A stretch of 32,014 nt of DNA from contig JAZGAD010000056.1 of the NCBI GenBank assembly GCA_036444275.1, positions 1-32,014 on the forward strand, given 5' to 3'. Each line of letters starts with the position of its first letter. Within the stretch, counting starts at the first letter, position 1. Under the pieces are notes generated by a model. The model was not told the DNA's origin, ran no database searches, and saw only the letters and a program-made list of their open reading frames with translations. A program made the translations under genes and the position numbers. Of the stretch, positions 18,061-26,785 are shown in pieces. The stretch is from Candidatus Hydrothermarchaeales archaeon (lineage in GTDB: Archaea; Hydrothermarchaeota; Hydrothermarchaeia; Hydrothermarchaeales; JAZGAD01).

Positions 18061-20868
18061 ATGAAATCCTTTTCCCTGCTTCGCCGCGAGATAAAGGAGG
18101 CACTAAGCGAATCAAATTTCAAGCGGCCCACAGACATCCAAGAGATAGCAATACCCCGAATCTTAAAGGGTAAGAATGCGCTTTTAATAGCATCCACGGG
18201 TAGAGGAAAAACCGAGGCAGCCCTCTTACCCATCTTCCACAGATTCCTGGAGTTCAGAGAGGGGAGAAAGAAAGAAAAGAGTGGAATAAACATCCTGTAC
18301 ATCACACCCTTAAGAGCACTGAACCGCGACCTACTGGATCGCATGACGTGGTGGTCCAAGGAGCTGAAGATAAACATAGCGGTCCGCCATGGCGATACAT
18401 CACAGTATATGCGTAGAAAGCAGGCTTTGCATCCACCAGATATGCTCATCACCACCCCTGAGACTCTCCAAGCAATTCTCCCGGGTTCGGTTATGAAGAA
18501 GCACCTTGCTAAGGTACGCTTCGTGGTGGTCGACGAGATTCATGAGTTAGCTGAAGACAAGCGAGGTGCGCAGCTCAGCTTAGCCCTAGAAAGGCTCTCG
18601 GAATTAATCGCTAGGGCAGGCGGCAATCCGAATTTTCAACGTATAGCTCTAAGCGCCACCATAGGCTCCCCAAAGCTAGTCTCACTATTCCTTTCAAAGA
18701 ATGTACCCATAGAGATCCTAAAGGTATCTGCCTCCAGAGAGATGGAGCTATGGGTTGAGAGACCCAAACCTGAACGGGGCGATAAGAGGATAGCCGAGAG
18801 AACCTTCTCCAGCCTTGAAGCTTCTGCAAGGCTCAGACGAATGACAGAGCTTGTGAAAGAGCACAATTCCACTTTAATTTTTGTCAATACAAGAGCGATG
18901 GCTGAGACTCTTGCCTCAAGGTTTAGGATGCTTGGTGAAAGCGCAGCGATTCATCACTCCTCTTTATCTCAAGAAGTGAGAATAGCGGCTGAAAAGGAAT
19001 TCAAAGAGGAGCAGCACAAGGCATTGATCTGCACTTCATCGCTGGAATTGGGCATTGACATTGGGAGCGTGGACCTGGTAATCCAATACAGCAGCCCTAG
19101 GCAGGTTACTAGGCTTCTGCAGAGGGTAGGTCGGTCAGGTCACAAGATAGGTGAGCGTGCTAAAGGGGTGGTAATAGCATCGGACTCAGAAGATATCTTG
19201 GAGTCCTTGGTGATCGCCTCTAAAGCTAAGAAGGAGAGCTTAGAAAAAGTAAAGATACCAGAGAATCCCTGCGACGTCCTTGCACATCAACTCGTAGGTT
19301 TGGCGTTAGACCTCGGCAGGGTCTATAAGGATGATGCCTTAGAGATAGTTAGGAGGAGCTTCGTCTTCTCGAATCTTTCCAGAGAGGAATTCGAAGAAGT
19401 GCTAGAGCTTATGGCATCCTTAAGATTACTATGGCTTGAAGACGATGTATTTGGAAAGACTCGTGCCTCTTGGAAGTATTATTTCGAGAACATTTCTACC
19501 ATACCAGATGCAAGGCGCTATTTTGTCAAGAATATAGTGACCCAGAGTAAAGTCGGAGTATTAGATGAGGCCTTTGTGGTACACCATGTTGCCCCTGGCA
19601 ATTTGATTATATTCAAGGGATCGCCCTGGCGGGTCGTGGCCCTCGACGAAGAGGAGGTGACTGTAGAACCTGTAGAGGATATAGTTGGGGCTATACCCTC
19701 TTGGGTCGGCGAAGAGATACCTGTTCCTTTCGAGATTGCTGAGAAGGTAGGTAAAACCAGGGGAGCGCTAGCCAAGAATGGATCCGTCTTAAATGGATAT
19801 TCATCAGATGCCTACACCAAGAAGCTGGCTGGATCGAAGGTAAGAAGGCACGTTCGGAAAGGAATCCCAGTGCCTAATGAGAAGTACTTGCTCGTAGAAC
19901 TCTTTGAAAACTTCGTGGTTATACACGCGCCTTTTGGCACCAAAGTGAACCAGACTGTAGGTAGGACATTCTCCACTTTGCTCACTGCCAGATTAGGCTC
20001 CTCTGTCGCTCTGCAGAGCGATGCATACAGGATAATCCTCCAGACGCCAGAAGAGCTGCGGGAAGAGGATATAAAAGAACTCTTCTCCATAGAGCCTAGT
20101 CTACTAGAGCCGTTGTTGAGCAAGAGTCTCAAGCGAACTTCTCTTTTTAAATGGAAATTCTTGCATGTTGCAAAGCGCTTCGGCGCTGTATCCAAAGATG
20201 CATCCTATGCACATATACACATGGGTAAGATCATTGCCAACTACGAGGACACGCCTATCTACCAGGAAACGCTGAAGGAGATATTCAGGGACAACCTCGA
20301 TCTGAAGAAATCGAAAAGCATGCTAAGGGGCATTAGGAAAGGGACTGAACTACATATCCTAGAACTGAAGAAGCCTTCGCCCTTAGCAGAACTAGGATTA
20401 CAGGCCTATGGTGAGGTAATCCTGCCGGAGAGGGCTGAGAGAATGATTCTCAAGGCACTGAAGAAGAGGATCTCGAATAGGAGGATAGAGCTCTTTTGCA
20501 TATACTGCGCTAAAGGAGCTTCGTCTATGAGGATCAAGAATATAGCTGAAGATGCTACATGCCCTAAATGCGGAGCCAGAATGCTTGCAGTGTTGAAGGG
20601 CAGGAATAAAGAGCTCAAACGCCTGTACCGGAGGTTCAAGGCTGGAAAAGCTTTAGGCAAGGAGGAGAAGCAGGAGCTGAAGAGGATGCAGACCGCTGCC
20701 AGCCTTGTGTTGTCATATGGTAAGAGAGCCATGGTTGCCCTTGCTGCCCGCGGAGTTGGTCCTGAAGTGGCTAAGAGAGTGCTCCAAGCAAGGGACGAAG
20801 AAGGGTTGTATAAGGCGATTCTCAAGGCTGAGAGGGACTATGCTAGGACAAAGAGGTTCTGGGACTAA
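18061..20868 (+). CDS. lhr: Lhr-like SF2 DEAH-box helicase with a C-terminal Zn finger
   Basis: TGRGKT, TPLRALNRD, RHGDT, TTPETL, DEIH, SAT, TSSLELGIDIG, QRVGRSGH, IPSWVGE, CIYC..CPKC. Confidence 0.92.
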   Translation: MKSFSLLRREIKEALSESNFKRPTDIQEIAIPRILKGKNALLIASTGRGKTEAALLPIFHRFLEFREGRKKEKSGINILYITPLRALNRDLLDRMTWWSKELKINIAVRHGDTSQYMRRKQALHPPDMLITTPETLQAILPGSVMKKHLAKVRFVVVDEIHELAEDKRGAQLSLALERLSELIARAGGNPNFQRIALSATIGSPKLVSLFLSKNVPIEILKVSASREMELWVERPKPERGDKRIAERTFSSLEASARLRRMTELVKEHNSTLIFVNTRAMAETLASRFRMLGESAAIHHSSLSQEVRIAAEKEFKEEQHKALICTSSLELGIDIGSVDLVIQYSSPRQVTRLLQRVGRSGHKIGERAKGVVIASDSEDILESLVIASKAKKESLEKVKIPENPCDVLAHQLVGLALDLGRVYKDDALEIVRRSFVFSNLSREEFEEVLELMASLRLLWLEDDVFGKTRASWKYYFENISTIPDARRYFVKNIVTQSKVGVLDEAFVVHHVAPGNLIIFKGSPWRVVALDEEEVTVEPVEDIVGAIPSWVGEEIPVPFEIAEKVGKTRGALAKNGSVLNGYSSDAYTKKLAGSKVRRHVRKGIPVPNEKYLLVELFENFVVIHAPFGTKVNQTVGRTFSTLLTARLGSSVALQSDAYRIILQTPEELREEDIKELFSIEPSLLEPLLSKSLKRTSLFKWKFLHVAKRFGAVSKDASYAHIHMGKIIANYEDTPIYQETLKEIFRDNLDLKKSKSMLRGIRKGTELHILELKKPSPLAELGLQAYGEVILPERAERMILKALKKRISNRRIELFCIYCAKGASSMRIKNIAEDATCPKCGARMLAVLKGRNKELKRLYRRFKAGKALGKEEKQELKRMQTAASLVLSYGKRAMVALAARGVGPEVAKRVLQARDEEGLYKAILKAERDYARTKRFWD

Positions 20869-20886
20869 TTTTTGTTTTTTTATTTT
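20869..20886 (+). terminator. Oligo-T terminator after lhr
   Basis: TTTTTGTTTTTTATTTT directly after the stop. Confidence 0.55.
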
Positions 20887-21034
20887 ATACGGAATAAGAA
20901 CTGCTAAAAACTGCTTTTCCACACTACCATTGCTCGCTGGCTGGAAGAAGTAATTACTCAAAAAATGTTTTATATCTCTGAACCCCGTATTATGATTCTC
21001 TAGCATTATACTGTAGACTTGCATATTGAAGGTG

Positions 21035-23047
21035 ATGAAAATAACTGAGAAGATCCTAATAACCTGCGCTCTGCCTTACGTAAACAACGTGCCACACATA
21101 GGGAACATAGCGGGCTCTCACTTACCAGGAGACATCTTTGCACGCTTCTGCCGCTTATTCGGCTACGAAACCCTATACATAGGTGGAAGCGACGAGCATG
21201 GCACTCCAATAGAAGTTGCTGCAGAGAAGCTGGGCATAAGCCCTAAGGAGCTCTCAGCCAAGTATTACGAGGTCCACAAAGAGATCTACGACTGGCTCGA
21301 CATCTCCTATGACAACTTCTCCCGCACCTCCCTTAAGCTGCACCACGAGACGACTGAACAGTTCTTTCTCAAAGTCTATGAGAACGGCTTCATAAGCGAG
21401 GCCACCATACGCTTGCCCTACTGTGAGCGGGACAAGAGGGTGCTGCCAGATAGATACGTAGAGGGCACATGCCCTATCTGCGGCTATGAGCACGCGAGAG
21501 GTGACCAGTGCGAGATGTGCTCGAATCTACTGAACCCAGACGAATTGAAAGAGCCCAGATGCTCGCTGTGCGGCACTCGGCCTGTGATGCGGGAAGTAAA
21601 GCACCTCTTCTTGGGTCTAGACAAGCTCCAGAGAGATCTGGAGAAGTGGATCAAGAGCAATGAAAAGATCTGGAGCAGTCAGGTCGTGACCATGGCAATG
21701 GGATGGATAAGAGAGGGGTTAAAGCCGAGATGCATCACGAGAGATATAAAATGGGGTGTGAAGGTCCCCATAAAGGGCTACGAGGATAAGGTGCTCTATG
21801 TCTGGTTCGATGCCCCGATAGGATATGTCTCTTCCACCAAGGAATGGGCTGCAAAAAAAGGTATGCCTGAAGAGTGGAGGAAGTTCTGGCAGGGCGACGC
21901 CAAGATCTTCCACTTCATCGGCAAGGACAATATTCCCTTCCATACTATCTTCTGGCCAGGGATGCTCATGGCAAACGGCGATTATACCCTGCCCTACCGC
22001 GTCGTTGGCTTGCAGTATCTTAACTACGAAGGGGGCAAGATCTCCAAGTCCAGGAACTGGGGTGTTTTCTGCGAAAACCTATCAAAAACAGGATTGAGCA
22101 GCGATATATGGCGCTTCTACCTCGCCATGCTGATCCCAGAGACTGACGATACAGAGTGGAAGTGGAATGAGTTTAGGGGACGCATCAACAATGAGCTCGT
22201 CGCTAACCTAGGGAACTTCATCTACCGCACAATGAGCTTCATCAAGAACAACTTCAACGGCGTGGTCCCAGAAGCCAGCCTTACAAAAGAGGATGAAGAA
22301 GTCCTAAAGCTGGGAGAGGAATACGCTGGAAAGATCAAAGAATTAGCTTGGGATATACGCTTAAGGGATGCCCTGCGCAAGGTCCTGGAGCTTTCAGATA
22401 AAGGAAACAAGTATTTCCAGGAAAACGAGCCCTGGAAGAGCGTGAAAGAGGATAACGGGCGGGCTGCTACCACGGTCTATGTATGCGCTAATCTCTGCTA
22501 TGACCTAGCAATCCTCATGAGCCCTTTCATGCCTCAAAGTGCCTACAATGCGAGCCAGCAACTAGGTGTACCTCTGGGTAAACTCGACGATGTTGGAAAG
22601 CGAAGGGTTAAGGGAGGGCAGAAACTAGGAGACGTGGAAATCCTTTTCCCAAAGCTGAAGGAAGAAGACCTTAAAAGGCTTAAAGAGGTAACAAGCAAAG
22701 TGACGGAATACGAGGAGATGTTCACTATGGTTAACCATGATGATTTCCAGAGATTGGATCTACGTGTTGCAAAGGTCCTCGAAGTAGAGCACGTAAAGGA
22801 CTCTGACAAGCTTCTCAAGCTCACTATAGACGTCGGAGGTACGAAGAAGCAGATTGTAGCTGGTATAAGCCAGCACTACACCTCAGAGGAGCTTGTAGGC
22901 AAGAACATCATAGTCGTGAATAACCTCAAGACCGCTTTAATCAAGGGGGAGAAGAGCGAGGGCATGCTACTTGCTACTGATTCTGAAGGCAAGATAGTCC
23001 TATTAACGACTGACAGAGAAGTCAAAAGTGGGAGCAAGGTTAGCTGA
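21035..23047 (+). CDS. metG: Methionine--tRNA ligase with a C-terminal tRNA-binding OB domain
   Basis: ALPYVN, HIGN, GSDEHG, Zn knuckles, YVWFDA, GKDNIPFH, KISKS, C-terminal LDLRVAKV...SEGMLLA. Confidence 0.97.
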   Translation: MKITEKILITCALPYVNNVPHIGNIAGSHLPGDIFARFCRLFGYETLYIGGSDEHGTPIEVAAEKLGISPKELSAKYYEVHKEIYDWLDISYDNFSRTSLKLHHETTEQFFLKVYENGFISEATIRLPYCERDKRVLPDRYVEGTCPICGYEHARGDQCEMCSNLLNPDELKEPRCSLCGTRPVMREVKHLFLGLDKLQRDLEKWIKSNEKIWSSQVVTMAMGWIREGLKPRCITRDIKWGVKVPIKGYEDKVLYVWFDAPIGYVSSTKEWAAKKGMPEEWRKFWQGDAKIFHFIGKDNIPFHTIFWPGMLMANGDYTLPYRVVGLQYLNYEGGKISKSRNWGVFCENLSKTGLSSDIWRFYLAMLIPETDDTEWKWNEFRGRINNELVANLGNFIYRTMSFIKNNFNGVVPEASLTKEDEEVLKLGEEYAGKIKELAWDIRLRDALRKVLELSDKGNKYFQENEPWKSVKEDNGRAATTVYVCANLCYDLAILMSPFMPQSAYNASQQLGVPLGKLDDVGKRRVKGGQKLGDVEILFPKLKEEDLKRLKEVTSKVTEYEEMFTMVNHDDFQRLDLRVAKVLEVEHVKDSDKLLKLTIDVGGTKKQIVAGISQHYTSEELVGKNIIVVNNLKTALIKGEKSEGMLLATDSEGKIVLLTTDREVKSGSKVS

Positions 23048-23053
23048 AATTGT

Positions 23054-23686
23054 TCACGCTTCTAACAGCGCCCCTATTATCAGCAACCCCACCACTAGGG
23101 CGTAGTACAATAGTTCCTTCCTTGCCTCTGTGTCTAGTTTCTTCCTGAATTCTCCTTCTGAGAAGACTGCCCTCTCTGCGATAGATAAGCCGATGCTCCC
23201 AGCGAGTAAGATGCCCGGAATCTCGAAGAAAGCATGCGGTAGGAGGTTGGCGAAATATGCCTCTAGGTTCTCACTATAGAGGATGAAGAAAGCACCAAGG
23301 ACGAATCCATTGAAGAAGAGGATGAAGATCGGGAAGGTATAGAGGGCGAGATAGTGTTTTACCCGCTCTATAGGCAGCCTCGCTATCTTTGCATCCAAGA
23401 GCCTAAGAATTCTAGCGACGGTGGAATGTGCACTGCTATCGAAGTGGAGGAATACCCTAGAAGTGAGATAACCGCCATATGCACACATGAAGGCGGCAAA
23501 AACATTATTCAAGCTTATTGAAAGAGCTGGATTACCTCCTAATACCTCTTTCTGCACCTCTGCCTTTTTGATTAAGAGGGCTAAGAAGGCATAGTATAAG
23601 GCCGGAAAAGAGAGAAGGAGTATGAAGCATATAATGACGCCAATGGTAAAGCCAAATAAATATATCTTAAAGCTTTTTTTGATCAT
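23054..23686 (-). CDS. SpoIIM (stage II sporulation protein M) family membrane protein
   Basis: ISLNN, FNGFVLG, LLPHAFFEIP, ALLEA. Multiple TM helices. Confidence 0.85.
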   Translation of the reverse strand: MIKKSFKIYLFGFTIGVIICFILLLSFPALYYAFLALLIKKAEVQKEVLGGNPALSISLNNVFAAFMCAYGGYLTSRVFLHFDSSAHSTVARILRLLDAKIARLPIERVKHYLALYTFPIFILFFNGFVLGAFFILYSENLEAYFANLLPHAFFEIPGILLAGSIGLSIAERAVFSEGEFRKKLDTEARKELLYYALVVGLLIIGALLEA

Positions 23687-24304
23687 TTACTTAGAGACCG
23701 TTACAGCCTCAGCAAATATCATGGTTCCCTGGATGCCATTGATCCTCGCCTTTACCTGCTGGCCGATCCTCGCATTGCTCACGAAGACGATGTATTTACC
23801 CAGTCTTGCGGTGCCGTCCCCCTTCTTCCCTATACCTGTAATATCCAGCGTGATCTCCTCTCCAATTTCTGGTTCTTTTGACTCTGCCTTGGGTATTGCC
23901 TTGGGAGCGCTCAATGCGTGCTTAGAGCCGCACGCCTCACATTTCAGAAAATGAATCCTCCCCTCTTTGATTATCTTAGTATCCGGCCTTCCGCACTCAC
24001 CACAGAGGACGAATTCCTTGACGAAGCCCTCGAATTTCTCCTGTGCCTGAGCCTGTCTAAATTGGCCTTTCAGAGTGAGGTGCTGCCCATTCTGAACGCC
24101 AGAGGTGCCGCATTCCATAATCAGGTGCTTCGCAACCATATCTGCGTCGCGACTTATGGCCTTACTGACCTCTCCAAGGTTCTGTATCACCGTAATCTTT
24201 CCTTGGATTATAGATTGCACCATAGGCATCTCGAACCTAGAATGCTCCTTCAGAACCGCTGGCAACTCGCTATATGCCTTTTCAAGTAGAGCTTCATATT
24301 TCGT
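23687..24304 (-). CDS. eif2b: Translation initiation factor aIF2 beta subunit with a C-terminal TRAM domain; inferred ACG start
   Basis: KYEALLEKAYSELP N-terminal helix, RFEMP, CGECGRPDT..CEACG Zn ribbon, TRAM motif GKKGDG. GGAGG lies 7 nt before ACG (24304-24302), with an in-frame TAG upstream. Confidence 0.92.
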   Translation of the reverse strand, partial: TKYEALLEKAYSELPAVLKEHSRFEMPMVQSIIQGKITVIQNLGEVSKAISRDADMVAKHLIMECGTSGVQNGQHLTLKGQFRQAQAQEKFEGFVKEFVLCGECGRPDTKIIKEGRIHFLKCEACGSKHALSAPKAIPKAESKEPEIGEEITLDITGIGKKGDGTARLGKYIVFVSNARIGQQVKARINGIQGTMIFAEAVTVSK

Positions 24305-24863
24305 TTTTCTTCCTCCGTCCTTGTAAGAGGCCTAGCTCACTTAGTGTATTATAGACGTTCTCAGCAGCCCTCTCAGCGTCCTCTACACTCTTCGCTCCAG
24401 TGCATACTATCTTGCCAGAACCGAAGAGGAGGAGCACCACCTTTGGGTCCTTCATTCTGTAGACTAATCCAGGGAACTGCTCAGGCTCATACTCTGTGTT
24501 GTCAAGCCCTACAGCAATAGCGTCCAAATTCAGCTCTGCCTCTAAATTTGCCGTAGCAACGACATTTTGAACTATTACCTCTGGTTTCTTGTCTATCTCG
24601 ACTCCCGACTCTTTTATCTTCTGTACTATCCGTTCTATAGCTAGTTTCGCCTCATCTATACTCTTCGCCCCTGTGCATACTATCTTGCCAGAACCGAAAA
24701 TCAGGGCCGCAGCCTTGGGCTCGTCTAAGTGGTATACCAATCCAGGGAACTGCTCAGGCTCATACTCCACTTTGTCCATGGCCACTGTTATGAGTCCAAG
24801 ATCGAACTTCTGTCCTAGTGAAGTAGAGGCGACTACATTTTCTACTTTTACCTTCCTAACCAT
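24294..24863 (-). CDS. tbp: TATA-box binding protein
   Basis: Two NVVA..YEPEQFPGLVY..FGSGKIVCTGAKS repeats. GGAGG SD before ATG 24863. Confidence 0.98.
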   Translation of the reverse strand: MVRKVKVENVVASTSLGQKFDLGLITVAMDKVEYEPEQFPGLVYHLDEPKAAALIFGSGKIVCTGAKSIDEAKLAIERIVQKIKESGVEIDKKPEVIVQNVVATANLEAELNLDAIAVGLDNTEYEPEQFPGLVYRMKDPKVVLLLFGSGKIVCTGAKSVEDAERAAENVYNTLSELGLLQGRRKKNEI

Positions 24864-24953
24864 AATCTGCCTCCAGTACTCTTTGAGATGGTATAGTTTT
24901 GTTTTAATAACATTAAACACCTAAAAGGATTTAAACGTTTATAAAGGATTTGC

Positions 24954-25187
24954 ATGAATAATACTGGAACGCATGACTTCAAAGTTGGCGACGAGCTGAA
25001 CCCGTACCTAGGCAAGCCGGTGCTAGTGAGGCTTAAAAATGGGAAGGAATTTAAAGGGCTTCTTAGGGGATTTGATGAGTACATCAACCTAGTGATCGAT
25101 GATGCCGAAGAAATAGGAACGCCAGGAAGACAGTTTGACACCCTTATATTCAAAGGAGGACTGGTAGGCTCTATTACCCCAGAATAA
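24954..25187 (+). CDS. Sm-like (Lsm/SmAP) RNA-binding protein
   Basis: Sm1 motif VLVRLKNGKEFKGLLRGFDEYINLVI and an Sm2-like LIFKGG. Confidence 0.9.
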   Translation: MNNTGTHDFKVGDELNPYLGKPVLVRLKNGKEFKGLLRGFDEYINLVIDDAEEIGTPGRQFDTLIFKGGLVGSITPE

Positions 25188-25348
25188 CGTTTATAATATC
25201 TCCTGCAGCTAAACCCTCCCTTTTGGGGCAGGCGGGACGCTACTTCCCACCTGCCAACGTCAACCCCGCTAGTTATTTATACTAGTAGGGCCAAATGCCA
25301 TGTTCTAACCCATAAATATCTTAGGGAGTTTATCAGCGAGGTGGTGAA

Positions 25349-25630
25349 ATGGCAGGAACTAAGGCAGATGACAACGTTGTTTTTGTTGGGAGAAAACCAG
25401 TCATGAACTATGTGCTAGCAGTGACCACACAGTTTAGTACCTCCAACGAGGTCATCATCAAGTCCAGGGGACAGGCGATAAGCAGGGCCGTTGATGCAGC
25501 TGAAATAGTCAGGCACAGATTCATGCCTGAGGTGAAAGTTAAGAGCATAAGCATCGATACCGAAGAAGTAACCAGGGAAGACGGCTCCAAAATGAACGTA
25601 TCTGCTATGGAGATAACCCTTAAGAAGTGA
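25349..25630 (+). CDS. albA: DNA/RNA-binding protein Alba
   Basis: [44 protein letters not shown]. Confidence 0.97.
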   Translation: MAGTKADDNVVFVGRKPVMNYVLAVTTQFSTSNEVIIKSRGQAISRAVDAAEIVRHRFMPEVKVKSISIDTEEVTREDGSKMNVSAMEITLKK

Positions 25631-25633
25631 CGT

Positions 25634-26518
25634 CTAGTGCAAGATGGCACGCTGCTCCACTAGGCCTTTCGCCAATCCATAGCCAAATCTTTCTAGGGCT
25701 ACACCTACAAATTCCTCTAGGAAAGTGCCTTTTCGGTATTCCACAAGCGACGGCTCACCTTCTATGCCGCCTAATTGGGCAGCTTTTCTAATAGCGTAAT
25801 CCCTATTCCCAACTTCATCTACCAATCCAAGTTCCTTCGCTTTGCTACCGGTGTATATCTTTCCCTCGGCTACGCTCTTTAAATAGTCGAACGAGAGGTT
25901 CCTGTTCTCGGCGACATCGGATAGGAAAACATCATATGTCTCTAGAACAACGCTTTCCATCATCTCCTTCTCCTCATCGCTCATAGGTCTGAAGCCAGAG
26001 GAGAAATCCTTGAATTCCCCGGCCTTTATCACAGTGATATTCACCCCAATCTTTTCTAGAAACTTGGAATATTCCGGAAAGACAGAGATCACTCCAAGGC
26101 TGCCGGTTATCGTCGCCCTATCAGCTATGATGAAATCACATGCAGATGCCACATAGTAGCCACCTGAGGCTGCTATCTCACCCAGCCAGCACACAGTGGG
26201 TTTCTCCGCCTCCTTTATAGCCTCGGCTATCGCCGCGGATGCAACGACCGAGCCACCTGGGCTATTTATGTCTACAAGAATGGCCTTAACCGAGCTGTCC
26301 TTCTCGGCTTTCTTCAACCCCTCTTTGAACTTCTGTGGCGTTGCCTGGTCCCCCCCTAGAAATCCAGTGGCACCGGAGAGGGAAATGCCGCCATGGACGT
26401 TCACTACGGCTATCTTATCCCCAAAAGCGAAGCCCTGGTCATGTTTAGTAAGTAGGAATGCAAGAAGCAGGGAGACTACGAAGGCCCCCAGCAGAATTGT
26501 TAGGATGATTTTCTTCAT
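25634..26518 (-). CDS. sppA: Signal peptide peptidase SppA (36K type, S49)
   Basis: N-terminal TM helix, INSPGGS, AASGGYY, TGSLGV, KAGEFKD, GLVDEVG. Confidence 0.95.
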   Translation of the reverse strand: MKKIILTILLGAFVVSLLLAFLLTKHDQGFAFGDKIAVVNVHGGISLSGATGFLGGDQATPQKFKEGLKKAEKDSSVKAILVDINSPGGSVVASAAIAEAIKEAEKPTVCWLGEIAASGGYYVASACDFIIADRATITGSLGVISVFPEYSKFLEKIGVNITVIKAGEFKDFSSGFRPMSDEEKEMMESVVLETYDVFLSDVAENRNLSFDYLKSVAEGKIYTGSKAKELGLVDEVGNRDYAIRKAAQLGGIEGEPSLVEYRKGTFLEEFVGVALERFGYGLAKGLVEQRAILH

Positions 26519-26535
26519 GCCACACCGAAAAAGAA

Positions 26536-26543
26536 TATAAATA
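26536..26543 (+). promoter_or_regulatory. TATA box (with A-rich BRE) for the rps17e-dapA-dapB unit
   Basis: GAAAAAGAA-TATAAATA in the divergent sppA/rps17e gap. Confidence 0.5.
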
Positions 26544-26593
26544 CTCCCTTTATATATCTAGCGTTTAATGAAAAGTGAACAGGAGGCATCTAC

Positions 26594-26785
26594 ATAGGTA
26601 GGATACGACAGGGATACATCAAACGTACGGCACGTGAGATCGTTGAGAAGCATAGGGACGAGCTATCTACGGACTTCAAAGAGAGCAGGAAAGTCGTGGA
26701 CAAGTACGTCAAGGTGCAAGGCAAGTTTTTAAGGAATAGGATAGCCGGGTATGTAACACACCTACTCACACGGAAGGGTAGATAA
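26594..26785 (+). CDS. rps17e: 30S ribosomal protein S17e; inferred ATA start, absent from the ORF track
   Basis: (M)GRIRQGYIKRTAREIVEKH..STDFKESRKVV..KFLRNRIAGYVT. AGGAGG lies 7 nt before ATA, with an in-frame TGA at 26576. TAATG overlap with dapA. Confidence 0.93.
   Translation: MGRIRQGYIKRTAREIVEKHRDELSTDFKESRKVVDKYVKVQGKFLRNRIAGYVTHLLTRKGR

Noticed and set aside
25227-25255. CAGG..GGAAGTAGC resembling SRP RNA helix 8
   Set aside because: The intergenic space is about 160 nt versus about 300 nt for archaeal SRP RNA, and the helix geometry does not match.
25385-25400. Alba has GRKP instead of GKKP at the modified lysine
   Set aside because: This position varies among euryarchaeal Alba proteins, so it is not unusual.
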